Shown here: positions 13,880 through 27,523 of the stretch, piece by piece | Numbering within the stretch: position 1 is the first letter of the stretch | Layout of the letters: every line of letters starts with the position of its first letter | Assembly (NCBI GenBank): GCA_965644295.1 | Contig: CBFFRP010000079.1 | Coordinates: 124,170-188,169, forward strand | Source of the DNA: Paraphysomonas bandaiensis | Lineage: Eukaryota; Protista; Chrysophyceae | Direction: 5' to 3' | DNA: 64,000 nucleotides | The notes under the pieces: model-generated | Told to the model about the DNA's origin: nothing | The model's database searches: none | What the model saw: the letters and a program-made list of their open reading frames with translations, nothing else | Position numbers and translations under genes: made by a program

Positions 13880-14263
13880 GTTCCACTGCGAGAAAAGGGA
13901 CCGGCTTTCAAGAAATTACGTGCAAGAATAGGCCTAAACAAATATAATTTTTTAGGGCAGCACAAGCGAGTTATTCAAACTGATAATTACGACCGTACTC
14001 AAGGCTCAGGAAGGAAACGAAAAATTGCACCCAGAGAAGATCATACGGTCAACAGAGAGGTTAACGAGGCTCGACAGATATCTGGAATAGAAATTAAGAA
14101 AGGTTTGCCGCAGATACCTGTTTCAGAGCGCAAGCACAGATTATCGTTCATAGTGGATTTCAAGGAAGCCGTTCATAAGGAGAAGTATCGAAGGAGGTGT
14201 GTGGAGTGGACTAAAGCACACAATGAGAACTACAAATCATACTGTATAAATGCAAAAGTATGA
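13880..14263 (+). pseudogene. Tc1-like transposase N-terminal relic
   Basis: Translation GSGRKRKIAPREDHTVNREV...ISGIEI...VSERK, frameshifted RKPFI, and YRRRCVEWTKAH resemble the Tc1 GRPR/HTH and KP..../RL.WA..H motifs; no DDE domain. Confidence 0.65.
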
Positions 14264-14833
14264 GTAGATTCATTATATCATATGCAAGATATAGTGAACA
14301 ACATCTCTTATGACTCGTAACACACTGCAATGCAGGTTCAACACGACAACTGTAGGCTATAGTCTAGTACATATGCATGGACTAACCCATACAGTCACAG
14401 TAATGAAGTAAAAAATATACTCAAAGAAGTTTGGAACTCCCTACTAGTGGAGATAGTTGACTGCATTGATTGAATCCATGCAAACATATAGACGTTAAGC
14501 TGTCCATAGATACATACGTATCGGCATCCTTCGTATATTTTTGTTCCAAGATGCCTCTAATATTGAGACAACAATCATGTGTATTCCAGCCGTAGTTGTA
14601 CTGCAGTAATGGAGAGTATTTATGCTTCAATTTATTTCCGAAAAATAAGATGCTGACTGCCGATACGTACATAAGCAAGATATGCAACTCAATTTCGCTC
14701 ATTTCTTGTACAAGGGTGGGGTTTTTAGCAACCACAACAACCGGAAAACCCCCATATTAAAAGCTATAATCTTAAAATTACCACTATTGTTCGAAAGCTG
14801 TGGAAAACTACACATTTCGTACACTACGTAATT

Positions 14834-15166
14834 ATACATACATACATACATACATACATACATACATACATACATACATACATACATACATACATACATA
14901 CATACATACATACATACATACATACATACATACATACATACATACATACATACATACATACATACATACATACATACATACATACATACATACATACATA
15001 CATACATACATACATACATACATACATACATACATACATACATACATACATACATACATACATACATACATACATACATACATACATACATACATACATA
15101 CATACATACATACATACATACATGCATACATACATACATACATACATACATACATACATACATACA
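14834..15166. repeat. (CATA)n microsatellite, about 330 bp
   Basis: Direct; upstream of the DOCK gene. Confidence 0.98.
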
Positions 15167-15420
15167 GCAGTAGCAGTGTACACTGCTGTAGATGTCTGGG
15201 TGGTCTTACATATAGAAATACACGTAGGATGGTCATATCCTGCTGTCTATATCCTCCTACATATACATATATACACACTCAGGATGTCTCATATATAGAT
15301 GCATACATACATATAACACCTCACAGCATCTACCCCCATCAACATCCTTCCATCAATCACTCATCTACCTCCTTCTTATCCCTTCTAATTACTCACATAT
15401 ATACATAAGCCTCTCTAATC

Positions 15421-18400
15421 ATGTCTGACGATATTAAATGTAAGTCATCTATCCACATACATACACATCCTCTAATCTCTCCTCTATTAGCATTACGTAC
15501 AAGTTTAGGGGGTGTTTCCATGGGATCAGATGAAGCTTTATTACGTGAGATTGATTCATGTATAGTAGAATGGAGTAAGAAGTGTGGTAAAGCTTTATGT
15601 CATGGTGAAATTGAGGATTATAATCTACAAAAAAATCAAGTATGTATATATATATATATCGATATTGTTGTATTTTTATGTGTGTGTGTTTATGTGGGGA
15701 TAGATTTCCACTATTCAGGAATGGAGACGTCAGATTATTGTGGATAAGAATATGGCGAATATGGCTGCGCGTGAATGTGCTATTAAGCTTATTGAAGCTC
15801 AACGACAATTAGATGAATCGTTCTCTATTCCTCGCACAGATGATGGAGAAGTAGTCACTCACCAGATGGGTTTCTCTGTACACCATCTACTCCGCCTTCA
15901 TAGATTTATGCAACATAGACTTGTTGAAGGTGCGTTTCTTCCTTCCACTGTCGCAGAACAATACGAAGCCGAACAGAAATTGGGCATTCGTGCCGTTTCT
16001 AATAAAATAGAAAAAATTGATGAGCCTTTACATCTATTTATGGACATGAAAATGGCGATATTCAAGGTATATTGCAACTTGATAACCACTGTGGCTGTAT
16101 GTCTGCGTGGCTGCAGACGTATAGACAACTTCATGTGTTTTTGTACTAATAATTGACCACAGATATCTGAGCCGTTCAGAATGTACTTCAGTGTCTGGCG
16201 GAAGGACTTAGGGTTCGTCACGGACGAATTTGTAGTTTCTCTGACGGCAAAGGTAATTGTTGATGTTATCTGCAGATATGTGTTTTATTTCTTGTGCTCA
16301 GGGTATGCCCCCGGATAATGCTCTCATTGACAGATTGTACACGATATTTTCTAATATGGATGGGTATTTGACATGTGTAGTATGATATACTGTCTCATGC
16401 TATATGAACAGGGATGACCTCCTTCAGAATGCCTACTTGGTGTGTAAGATATACAGGTGCTGACTTATGAATGCCTAATATAGGAATTACATTAATGGTT
16501 ACCTCTTGTCTACATTAGGTTCGGCGGACTTCTGAATGATGAAATGAATCCAAATTCACCTGCAAAGTCTCCTGCAAAGAGTGGGTTTGATCCATTTGCA
16601 GCCACCTACCAGCGTCCATTTGGGTGCGGTGTGAAGTCATTCGCCGAACTTAATCTACTGGGCCGAGAGCTTGGTACTTGCTCACCAGCATCGAATCTCA
16701 AAGTATATCGACCAACTCGCGATATCGAGAAGAACTTTGAGAACATCCATGAGGTTATTATATCTGGCAGCGAGGCTGAGAGGGAAGAGGTACCCACTTC
16801 GATGGGCATTATGCTCGAGTATTGCGTTATCAGTGGAAATCTCCATGCCCTAAGAGAAAATGGATTTAAGAAGTGTACCGAATCAGAAAGTCTGCGGAGT
16901 AAGTTTTTGGACGCTTCAATTACCAGTCACATTGCATCTGACGATATTACTGATCCTCGAGATCAGAGAGAAGAGCTCTTTATCACTTTGGTTGGTGGCG
17001 AATTTTCCCAAGGAAGCAAATCGACTGCAAAGAATATCGAGATAACTGTGCGATGTGTAGGTCCCGATGGTGCGTTCATTCCGAAATGCATTGGGCGGGG
17101 ACTAGGAAAACAAGCCATGCTGGAAGACAGTTACTCTACGACTGTGTATTATCACGTAAACAACCCCACATACAACGAAACTGTTCGTATACACCTACCT
17201 GCTGTGCCTGACCTTCTTGGAAGCCATTTGCTTCTAACGGTAGCCCACTGCTCAACTGGGCAGTCAGGTACTACTGTAGGAAGCTTTCGGTCGAGCATGA
17301 TAGGGGGATCCAAAGAAAAGAAATCACGAGATTATTTTGCCTTTGCGTTCATGCCCTTTGTAGATAAGGATGGTGGTGGGGTAGTGCTGGGCGATGGACC
17401 TCATTACTTACAGTGTTACAACCCACCCGCTGATATGAATATGAACCCTGCAGTTTCTGAGCCGTCTTCTGGGCCGACATACATAATGCCCGGTGGGGCA
17501 CCGTATGTGTCAGACCAGTCCCAATTGAAAATCCGCACTTTGAAATCTGGATACACAACTTCTTCTCAAGAGTACATATACTTGCATACCTATGTATCAT
17601 CAGTTAAATTTACCCACGAGCGGGCAGTTCATGAGTTTATTAGGTGGACTAACTGCGAGACCGATGAAAAACTACTTGATGTAATCCATGCGTGCACATC
17701 CCTCCCAGATGATTCGACGCTGCATTGCGTAAGAGAAATTATTGAGAGCACTATACAGATTTTATCACGAAAACCGGGACTAGCGGATGCAGCTTTTAAG
17801 CTATGTGTCAATATGCTGGTACTTTTCAGTAGAAAAGCTGGTGCCATTAATTCTCCGACTACAACAGACAAAAAGGTAGTTTCTGAGAAAGCGAAGCAGG
17901 TGATTGATGACCTCTGGAGTACATGCGTTGAAGAAGCATTCAATAGCTCCCACAAAACTATACACATTGAGTTGGTTCGTTGTCTAAATACTTTGTTGCG
18001 GAGAATGCAAGGAGTGAATACTATGACTGCTGAAATGATGATTTTCCATCGCAACACTGTGTTAGCTGTTCCCATCGTATTGGGACTAGCCATGAAACAG
18101 CACATGAAGGGAAATGATGACAGTGCGGCCTACGAAATGCTCCAGCAAGAGATGGGTAACGTTGCGCACAATCTCAACGAACTGCTACAACAGAGTTATG
18201 AAAATGAAAGCATCCGATCTCTGCGAATCATCTTCTTTGATGTGTTTTCTATTGTGGAGTCTTTTTACGACGTTGAGGAAATGGCTCATATTGCAGTGAC
18301 GTATTTGAGGAATTTACATACTCGGCCGGACGCCCCTTCACGACAAGTAAAGAAAGATAAGTTAGCCTTCCTGAACAGCATACTTCTCTCAAATATTTTT

Positions 18401-21098
18401 GCCATTGAAGAGAGCCGTGAGATTGTACTAGGGTGTGCTCTTGATATTTTGTCATTTCATTTCAGTGATTCGAATGGGACTGGAGAGGATAGGGCGACAT
18501 CTCTAGTTGTTCTACAGGTTCTGCTGGAAAAGATGGAGGTGTTTGACCCTGAAGATTGCGATGCCTTGTCTCAGGTGCTGGGACCACTTGTAGACGTGAC
18601 GCACAAGCTAATGCAAGGGGTGCGTGCGAAGAGACACAGTATCGAGAAATTGGAGGCCTCGGATGGGTCACGAAATCGGCCGCATTCAACACGTAGTCGT
18701 CGTGGTAGTTGCGTTGGAAACACAGCCCAGATAACAACATCTTTGCTTATGATATCACTTGAAAATGCTGCATGCTGCCTGTGCAGTACGATAAATTTGC
18801 TTGGTAGGGATCGTGTGCTTGCATTAATGGAGGACAAAGACGGCAAGCATAATGGTAAACAATTTTTGTTGTCCCTCGTCGCTGCCATAACACTTATTAT
18901 TCGGCGAGTAATTATTCCTCAGCCGTGGCTGCTGCTGAACATGTTATTTCTTAGCGCTGTGAGGGATTTGATAGTATGGACTGCAGAATATATGGAGAAA
19001 AATTCTGTCCGCTTTCTGAGTAGTTTGGATGAGAAGTGGACTTCTCCGTGCGCAATAACAAGCGAAGCTTTAGGTAAATCAAACCCCAGTAGTTCTAATC
19101 GCGATTCGCTTAGACTGTCTGTGGTTCGTCACCAGAAAGTTGATAATCTGATTCTGTGGTCGGAGATTTTTAATTTGACTTTGTCGATTCTGCTAGACCC
19201 CAGTCTTGCTACTGAGTCAGCATCGATGAATGAAGCTAAACAAGCTTATCTCACTCGACATTACAAGGACTTTCGCCTTGCTATAATTGATTCCCTTTCA
19301 AGAGTATGGTCTGCGCTCTCCGATACTACTCATCAGATAAAGTTTGCGGACGTGTATACTGTCCCCTTCATTGCGGTAGCATGTTCTAATTATGAACCCT
19401 TGGCTAATACTGGAAAGGCAATGGTATTAGACTTACTTCGGTCTGATTTTCAGCTACACGACGGGTTCTACTCCACCGCTCCGCATATATATGACATAGT
19501 AAATGTAACTATACTAAACAATAACAACATGAATATCGACTCGTTGTATATCCCCCCACGAGAAACACTTGCGGCATTCATGGAAGGCGGACTTATGGCC
19601 ATGTTTAAGGCAGATGCTGTACTGAACTGCACTAAGGCACATATGTTTGCATCTGAAATGACAACACTTCTGAACCTTCTAAGAGACTTGTCCGAATGTC
19701 GCAAGACTCTTGAATTCGAAGAAGAAAGGTCCTTTGCTTACGCCAAGCTTATGGATTTCTTTATGGATATGGGACGTAGAGACGCCTATATCAAAGCTGC
19801 CCATAGTCTATCGAAAGAAATGGCTAGTTTAGAGCACTATACGGAGGCAGGAAACGCTATTTTGCTGCACTATAATCTTCTTGATTGGTCCTGTGATATG
19901 TTGGAGTCAGTAGACCTTGGAGATGATTGTGGTGTACTCGACGTAGAGCCTTCTTGGCAGCGAAAGAAGAATCTCATGGAGCAGGCAATCGACCTCCTAG
20001 ACAAAGGTAAAGCATGGGAAGTATGCGTCAAGCTGCTGGATGAAATGGCTGAAGTATATAAAACTGTGCGACCTGATTATCTTGAACTTGTGGGTGTGCT
20101 TGAGCGCCAGGTAGTATTCTATCGTTCTATCGCTACAGAGGACCGGTACTTCCCCACTATGTTCCGTGTTGGATATTATGGTCAAGGTTATACCAATGAA
20201 TCTATTCGGAATAAGGAGTTTATATATCGTGGCATCCCACTGGAGAGTATCCTCGATTTCAGTACTCGGATTAAGAAGAAGCATCCGAATAGTGAAGTAT
20301 TGCCTCCGAAAGTTACCCCCAATCGTGAGGAGCATTTTAACTCTCCACATCAATTTATTCAAATATCCAAGGTGACATCAGCGAATCCTTGCGAAGCGGA
20401 AGGTACTCCAGGACCAGATATATCTACATTACCTTCTTATATGAAAGCTGATTTGATAAGCAACAATGTCAACTGTTTTTTTTATCAGAGACCTTTTAGG
20501 AAGCGTGCGGATAAATCTGCAAACGAATTTTTAGATCTATGGGTCGAAAGAAAATTCCTTCATACTTCAATTGTATTTCCCAGTCACACAAGACGCGCAG
20601 AAGTTACGAAAGAGTCTACCGTTGTCCTCAACCCCATAGAAATGGCAGTGCAAGGATTGATAGAGAAAAATGCCGAATTGAAGGAAAAGAATGTCCAAAT
20701 GGCTGCAATCGCAGATGGTCAAGCTGGGCAATCGTTTACGATGTCACTCAGGTATGCTTTGTGCTGAGTTGATTTGTTTATTTTAATTGTATCTGCACAG
20801 CGGAACTGTGGATGCAGCTGTCAATGGCGGGATAAAGAACTACGAGTCGTTTATTACTGGTTCGTATCGCAGCGACAACCCTGAAATAGCGGAAGACATT
20901 GATAGGTGCGCGCAGAAGCACGGAATTGTCCAGCTATTAAAAGACACTCTACGGGATCAACTTACTATCCTTGATCGTGGGATACAGTTGCACCGCAAGA
21001 AGTGTTTGGAATCCATGCAGCCACTACATGTTCACATCGAAAACCTCTTTGTGAAGATGCGAGGTGAGCTGGAAGTCCTTCTCAGTGATAACATTTAA
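15421..21098 (+). CDS. DOCK-family Rho GEF (DHR-1 C2 + DHR-2), multi-exon
   Basis: DHR-1 VYYHVNNPTYNETVRIHLP; YTEAGNAILLH; GKAWE; FRVGYYGQG..NKEFIYRG; LNPIEMA; catalytic loop GTVDAAVNGG in the last exon; several short 5' exons from ATG 15421. Confidence 0.92.
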
Positions 21099-21978
21099 CG
21101 TATGGAACAATCAAATGCATGTTGCGTGAGGAATGTATCAATGATGCCGCAATTGTTTTAGTACAGTGCACATAAACGGGCGACATGTTCTTCCAAAAAT
21201 GAATTACTGTCGGTGATGCCGAGTGAACATTTTCTGATATCAGCAGTATCATTTGTGGATGTCATATGTCTTGAGTTTGTAGTCGTTTTAATATATAAAA
21301 AGAACGCTGTTGTGAACATCCTTGTAGTGTTGTGTATCTTAGCACTATAATGGAAATGTGCATCTTTGAGGTAGTGACTCTAGTATTACACACTGATCAC
21401 ACACGAAGTTATTATAAAAGGTACCAATGGATGATGTCGTGAGTAATGCAGAGTAAACAGATAACATTTGGTCATTACATTAGTATAAGGATGAAATATG
21501 TTTAATTTGACAATTACAATAGAAGTTATTTAGGAAGCGCGTATCGAGTATCTGCTAAGTACGCTAGCTTTTGTAGCGTTAAGCACTGACTCTTGAACTA
21601 ATAATAAGACATTCACTACTAACTACTACTGACTCTTACACGCCTATTGTTAGTAATTAGTAATAGCACATTTACTACTCTATACTCTATATAGTTACAC
21701 ATGATGATCATTTCAACCAGTAATGAAGAGTTGTATCGCGGTTTGACAAAATCAGAAATAAATAAGTGACTATTTGCTGGAGTGCAAGGTGGGGCAACTA
21801 TTACTTATATTCTACTAATGGAATAATGTAGAAACCACACAGCTTAATTTAAGCGTACACATGTACACTACGATACAACCCTTTCATATCAATAGTGGCA
21901 ACTACAGATTTCGTTACATGATGTTCGATTTCATTTCATATTCTCAATGAAACAAGCCCGCTAGAATACAATAAAAGT

Positions 21979-23283
21979 CTACGAGCGGAAGCTACGTAAG
22001 GCCTCGGGCGTGGGTTGTGGGGTAAGCTTGGAGGCCGCCAACGAATTAATTGCGTCAGAAACACCACTGGAACAAGTCGGCATAACTCTGTACACATAAG
22101 CATCAGATGGCAATATTAAGATATATCAAAATACATACTAGTAATGCAGGTAACATGTGCTGCGGAATATGACGTTTACTCACCTCATTATGTTAGCGGA
22201 ATTTCCCGGAAAGTACCACATAGGGGGATTCTTATCTGTGATAGCTTCTACAATTACATCTACCACCTTCATTGGGTCCTGCATCAAAAACACCAATTAT
22301 GCACACTAAACAAGCTATGAATTATGCAATAGGGTTGCGTAACGGACCTCTGCAGATTGATTCATCATGCTGACGTGGTGATCAATAAAACTGGGATCGT
22401 ATTGCGATGTAATCTCAGCGGGGGCACTTTCAAATGACTTCTTCGCAGCTGCTAATCCAGCTGATAGAATTGGAGTTCTGCGCAATTAGTATTATACACA
22501 CCCTCTGTAGTGATACGAAATAGTGCATACAGTTTTTCTGTGCATATACAGGATGTCGACAAATACCTCATAAACCCAGGGTTTATATTGGACACGTGAA
22601 TATTCCACGGCTTCATCTCTTCCCTTAGACATTTGGCCATACCCTCTACAGCATGCTTTGATGCAAAATAGGGACCAATAGCAGCACCTGAAAGCAGTCC
22701 CGCAAGAGAAGATAAGTTAATAATCCTGTTATTGCAATTAGTCAATGAGGTGCATGCAACATGAAGTATACCGGCTGCCAGGGTTCTTCTTCAATAGAGG
22801 TAACATGGCTTTAGTTACTGCAACAACACCAAAGAAGTTAACTTCCATAACACGTCGCCAGATGTCCATATCAGTCCAGTCCAATGCACCCCCATCAGCA
22901 ATCCCTGCATTGTTGACAACAGCCCACACCTTACAGTCTTTCTCATTAGCCAATTTCTCTGTTTCCATTGCAAGTTTTTCAATATCATCAGCAATACATA
23001 CATTACATTTCACTGTTTTTGATACAATACTCTGTAATTTTAGTATTCCTTCATCTGTTAAACAACCAGACACCACATGAAACCCCATACTAGACAAATG
23101 CCTAGATAGCATCTCACCAAATCCTGAATCACATCCAGTGATTACAATAATTTGCTTCTTATAATTCAATTGAATTTTATTTTTATTAATTTTTTCATAT
23201 AAAAAATTAAAGAAATTCAAGATGAGAATGAAATACGAGAGTAAGCCTGAGATGATATGAATGAATGGTGAGGGGGAGGACAT
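21979..23283 (-). CDS. Classical SDR (retinol/17beta-HSD/BDH1-like), multi-exon
   Basis: ITGCDSGFG, NNAG, YFASK (YxxxK), INPGFM; further short exons ending PEALRSFRS* at 21979. Confidence 0.9.
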
Positions 23284-23468
23284 CTGAGAGATAGAGAGAG
23301 ATAGAGAGATACAGAGAGGGGGGGGGAGAGAGAGGAAGGTGTAGTTAGGTAGAGATATAAATTTGATTGAAGTTTTGGGATGTGTTTGATAGATTGAGAG
23401 ATATGTATATATATATACACCCCCCGGCATACACACACACACAGAGCACTGAAGATCTCCAGGGATCT

Positions 23469-23784
23469 TATGTACGTATGTATGTATGTATGTATGTATG
23501 TATGTATGTATGTATGTATGTATGTATGTATGTATGTATGTATGTATGTATGTATGTATGTATGTATGTATATGTGTATGTATGTATGTACGTATGTATG
23601 TATGTATGTATGTATGTATGTATGTATGTACGTATGTATGTATGTATGTATGTATGTATGTATGTATGTATGTATGTATGTATGTATGTATGTATGTATG
23701 TATGTATGTATGTATGTGTGTATGTATGTATGTATGTATGTATGTATGTATGTATGTATGTATGTATGTATGTATGTATGTATG
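23469..23784. repeat. (TATG)n microsatellite
   Basis: Direct; upstream of the SDR gene. Confidence 0.98.
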
Positions 23785-23897
23785 ACTCTACCGTATACTG
23801 TATACAGTATATGTGTGCAAGTATGACCGCTATATGTGTACGTACGTGTCTGTGTATGCATGTCTATCGCAGTAGCTAGTCTGACTATTCAAATATA

Positions 23898-25745
23898 CAG
23901 CGCATTCTCGATATATCGCGGAAAGTGTCCTGGAGAGGAAATCGCGATATATCGCAATATCGCGATATACAATTTAATAGTAAAATACAGCACTGTATTC
24001 CGCAAAGTCATAGAGAACAAGTTTAAGGAGCTTAAGACTGTGCAATATATCCACAATGTCGTGTCTGTATAGCATAGTACTCCTTGTACTGAATGGCACA
24101 TGCAAAGAATTTGTGAAATAAGTTATATATCATTATTTATGGAATTTATGGTATTCAATTTCTTAACACACTTACTACATTCCTAGCTAACAATAAGATA
24201 AAATTATTAAATTTCATGGACTTCAGAACCTTTAGTACGTGCTGAAAAAAACTGATGCAGAGAAGTTTGTACCTTAGAATGATTCTTGTGCCTTTCTGTA
24301 TGAATATTATTCTGCACTTTTCTGAGGAGCTCAATATGCGCTGTTGAATGCCCCTCCTGGGTAGCATAATCGAGTAACATTAAAACAGCATTGTCGGCTT
24401 GCACAGCAGTAATAGCACTATCATTTCCATTGGTGTTAATACAATCATCCTCGTCATCGTCATCGCCTTCGTCCTCTAAAGACATTGACTGCTGAAGTGC
24501 AGTGATACTGCTCTTATTTGTTCTTCATTATGTGTCATTATAATAAAGAATTGATCTTTATAATAGTAAAACAATGTTGTGATTATTAGAGTGTTAGTAA
24601 TGAACACGATAGAGTGAAAATTATGAATAACAATATAGAACATAGCAATATTCAACCTATGTTGTACAGATGGTATGTACAAACTTAAGCATATACAATA
24701 GAGAGCTCATATAGCATAAAATAACCTGATAGCTGGTTCTTACACGCATTAAGGTTTCCGTAAATTGAATTATTAGTACTTGTCTTATAATGTCACTTGA
24801 TAATGAAACCCTACTGCTTAACCAATTAAAAGTTTTCTCATACTCATCCTCTGTATCAAAGTTTGACATTATATGAGAAGTATTAACTTAACAACAGAAG
24901 GTAAACTTATACTCAATGCTTCAATTCAGCTTTCAATTGCCTGCACTTCGATGTTCACTCCAAAGTCATATTACGCATTTGTTTGAGGTAAATATCCCCC
25001 AGTGCATTTTCCTTAGTGTACTCTTCAGTAAGTGCCAAACATGTCTCCGCCTTTTTCGGCTTTTGCCCAAGTTTCAATCAGGTGTCCAAGTGTTGCTATT
25101 TGTGAACTCCATGCATTCTCAGGGAATGACTCCAGAATGGTCTCATGAGCCTCCTGTTATTGAGGGTATGTAACGAAGAAATTTCTCAATAACAGGTATT
25201 CGAAGTTCTTGCAGCACGCGACATTGAATATCATGAGACATATATCCTTCTTATGAGCAGACGTCCTTCGATGAGAGAAAAAGACTCTTGCGCTTCATTA
25301 CATTTCATCCTCAGGTTCGCATTCAACGAGAGTGTCGTCGACAGGATCTTATATTGACTCACTATCACTCATGTTATCAATAAATGTGATTAATATACTA
25401 TGGATATATGTTCATCTAGAGGTTTTTATGCTCCCCAAAATCCTTACCCCGACAAAAAATCTACATGGTAAGGATTCCAAATTTTACCCCCCCACTCTCT
25501 CTCCAGGGTAAGCATTTTGGTAAGCATTTTCAAAAACTTACCCCGAAAATGCTTACCAGGGTAAACAGAAATTGATTTTCGGCGTTTTTTGGTAAGGAAT
25601 GCTTACCAAAAAAATGCTTACCCTTGTAACAGAAAATGACCTCAGTTTTCCATTATAATTATGTGTGATGAAGTGTCCTGGACCAAAATCCGCGATATAA
25701 AAGGGTATCGCGATATACATACCGCGATATATCGAGAATGCGCTG
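23898..25745 (-). mobile_element. Non-autonomous pogo/Tigger-like DNA transposon (Tc1/mariner superfamily)
   Basis: 24-bp TIR CAGCGCATTCTCGATATATCGCGG at both ends, TA duplication at 23896-97 and 25746-47, subterminal ATCGCGATATA repeats; transposase C-terminal relic at 24207-24485 with an acidic stretch and the PIP box QTSLHQFF. Confidence 0.88.
24545..25650 (-). mobile_element. Decayed MULE-like insert nested in the pogo element
   Basis: 9-bp direct repeat CATTATAAT at 24536-44 and 25651-59; GGTAAGCATTTT/AAAATGCTTACC cluster at 25440-25625; broken minus-strand peptides RHVWHLLKS and NFDTEDEYEKTFNWL. Confidence 0.45.
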
Positions 25746-25806
25746 TACATCAAACCATAATTAACCTACACACACACTCCTCAACACTCTCCATAAAATA
25801 ACAACA

Positions 25807-26403
25807 ATGAGTGATATGAATGATAGTAATGAAACAATAGAAACAAATGAATTGAATGAAACTATTAATCTACCAAATGATTTTACGGATGAGAATTTTC
25901 AAGATATGATACTTAGTTGGGTTGAATTGAAAGGTGCGATACCACCATATTATGATCGTTTTAAATCATGGAATGAAATGAAACCATTTCAAAAAAAGAA
26001 AGTTATACGTTTATGGAATGCTACATCGGATCAAATGAAACAAGAGATTAAAGAGATGGCGTTACAGTATCGTAGAGGATTAAAAAAACGTTCAAGACCA
26101 TCTAAAAAGAGTAAAAAAACAACAGGATCTAGTATGAATACAATGAATACAGTTGTTGCTACACAAAATTCACGTGGGATTGTATCGGATGAAGACAGGC
26201 AGTTAGAGAAGAAATTAAGAGTTGATGCTGCAAAGTTTCTCTGCACTCACAGTAATCCTGAACTGAAAGCACTGAGCGAAACTTTTCTAGGCAATATTGT
26301 GCGTGGAGTACCGAACGTATTTGAAACTAACCCTCCGCCCCCACCAGCACCGGCACCAGCAGCATCTTCGAACAACGCTGATATTAATCATATTTTACTG
26401 TGA
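25807..26403 (+). CDS. Hypothetical protein (basic NLS-like stretch, Pro-rich tail)
   Basis: 198-aa single ORF with a strong start context (acaaca ATG) and coding-like composition. Confidence 0.65.
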   Translation: MSDMNDSNETIETNELNETINLPNDFTDENFQDMILSWVELKGAIPPYYDRFKSWNEMKPFQKKKVIRLWNATSDQMKQEIKEMALQYRRGLKKRSRPSKKSKKTTGSSMNTMNTVVATQNSRGIVSDEDRQLEKKLRVDAAKFLCTHSNPELKALSETFLGNIVRGVPNVFETNPPPPPAPAPAASSNNADINHILL

Positions 26404-26483
26404 TGCTGCCCTGGTCGATATTCTGTGTCGTAGGTAGTTGAATGATGATTTGCGTATCAATATAGTTGTAAATTTACCTTAAA

Positions 26484-27141
26484 ATGGAAGCATTTGAAGT
26501 CGATGCTACTTGTTTCAGTTGATAATAGGGAATTTTTCTGATATTACGGTTTTGCATATACTATCTCAGTGATGAGGTGATGTGCACAATACATAGTCGA
26601 GGAAACCATACAGGGGATATGAAGCTACTGAAACTTTAGAATTTGCATTATATTTTAGTGTATGTAATTTAGCGTAAATTAAAGTCAAAATATGTATGAT
26701 TACATCGAAAGCACTCAAGTAGTTGTTCAGATTCTAGAGATTTTCGAGAGCATAAAGAACACAAGGGTGTTTAAGGAACAAAAAAAAATAACATACCTTC
26801 ATTTTAGCTGCACAATGAGATTAATTTAACGTATGTCATCTGCTATGCTTTATTAATAGCAGACATCTTCTCTTACAAACTGCGCAGAGGGTTTAAAGAG
26901 AACACTCAACAACTAGTCAATTACAGTTTTGTCTTGTGCTGTATGTAGCTTAGAAAAGGATTATAAGTGACGGAAGTTACAGTGTGAATTGTGAATACTA
27001 GAAGCTATAATTACTGTTCTATAATATCTAGGGATTTACCTTAGAATGGAAACATTTGAAGTCGATGCTACTTGTTTCAGTTGATAATAGGGAATTTTTC
27101 TGATATTACGGTTTTGCATATACTATCTCAGTGATGAGGTG
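26484..27141. repeat. About 95-bp near-identical direct repeat pair (about 26484-26579 and 27045-27141)
   Basis: ATGGAAxCATTTGAAGTCGATGCTAC...CTCAGTGATGAGGTG occurs twice. Confidence 0.9.
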
Positions 27142-27164
27142 TCAGGTATATCGGCATTTTGCTT

Positions 27165-27360
27165 GCTCATTGCGTTTGCTTAGAGCCTTGAGCGGTAGAG
27201 CGAAAGTGGTTTCACCTTGGTGACGCACAAGCAGCTTTCGTAACACCAAATGGTAGATGTTAGAGTTAAGCACTAGTTGGTTAAATTGTGTAGCTACATT
27301 AGTTCTGACTCTTACACCTTACACACCTACTTCTAACTGCAAATAATCAGTCATTCACTA
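27165..27360 (-). repeat. Dispersed repeat copy (same family as 13105-13290)
   Basis: Reverse-complement match; shorter copies at about 21580-21645 and 46568-46640. Confidence 0.75.
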
Positions 27361-27523
27361 CTGTTACCTTGTTGATACATCAGCGTAGCAAGTAGCAATG
27401 ATTGGGCCAACGATTAGTACTTTGCATGAATACAAACCAAACATTTAGTAGCAGTAGTTGGCCTTACGAACACTAACAAGGTGGTAAAACTGAACACTAC
27501 TTATTACAATGAAATTGCGATTA

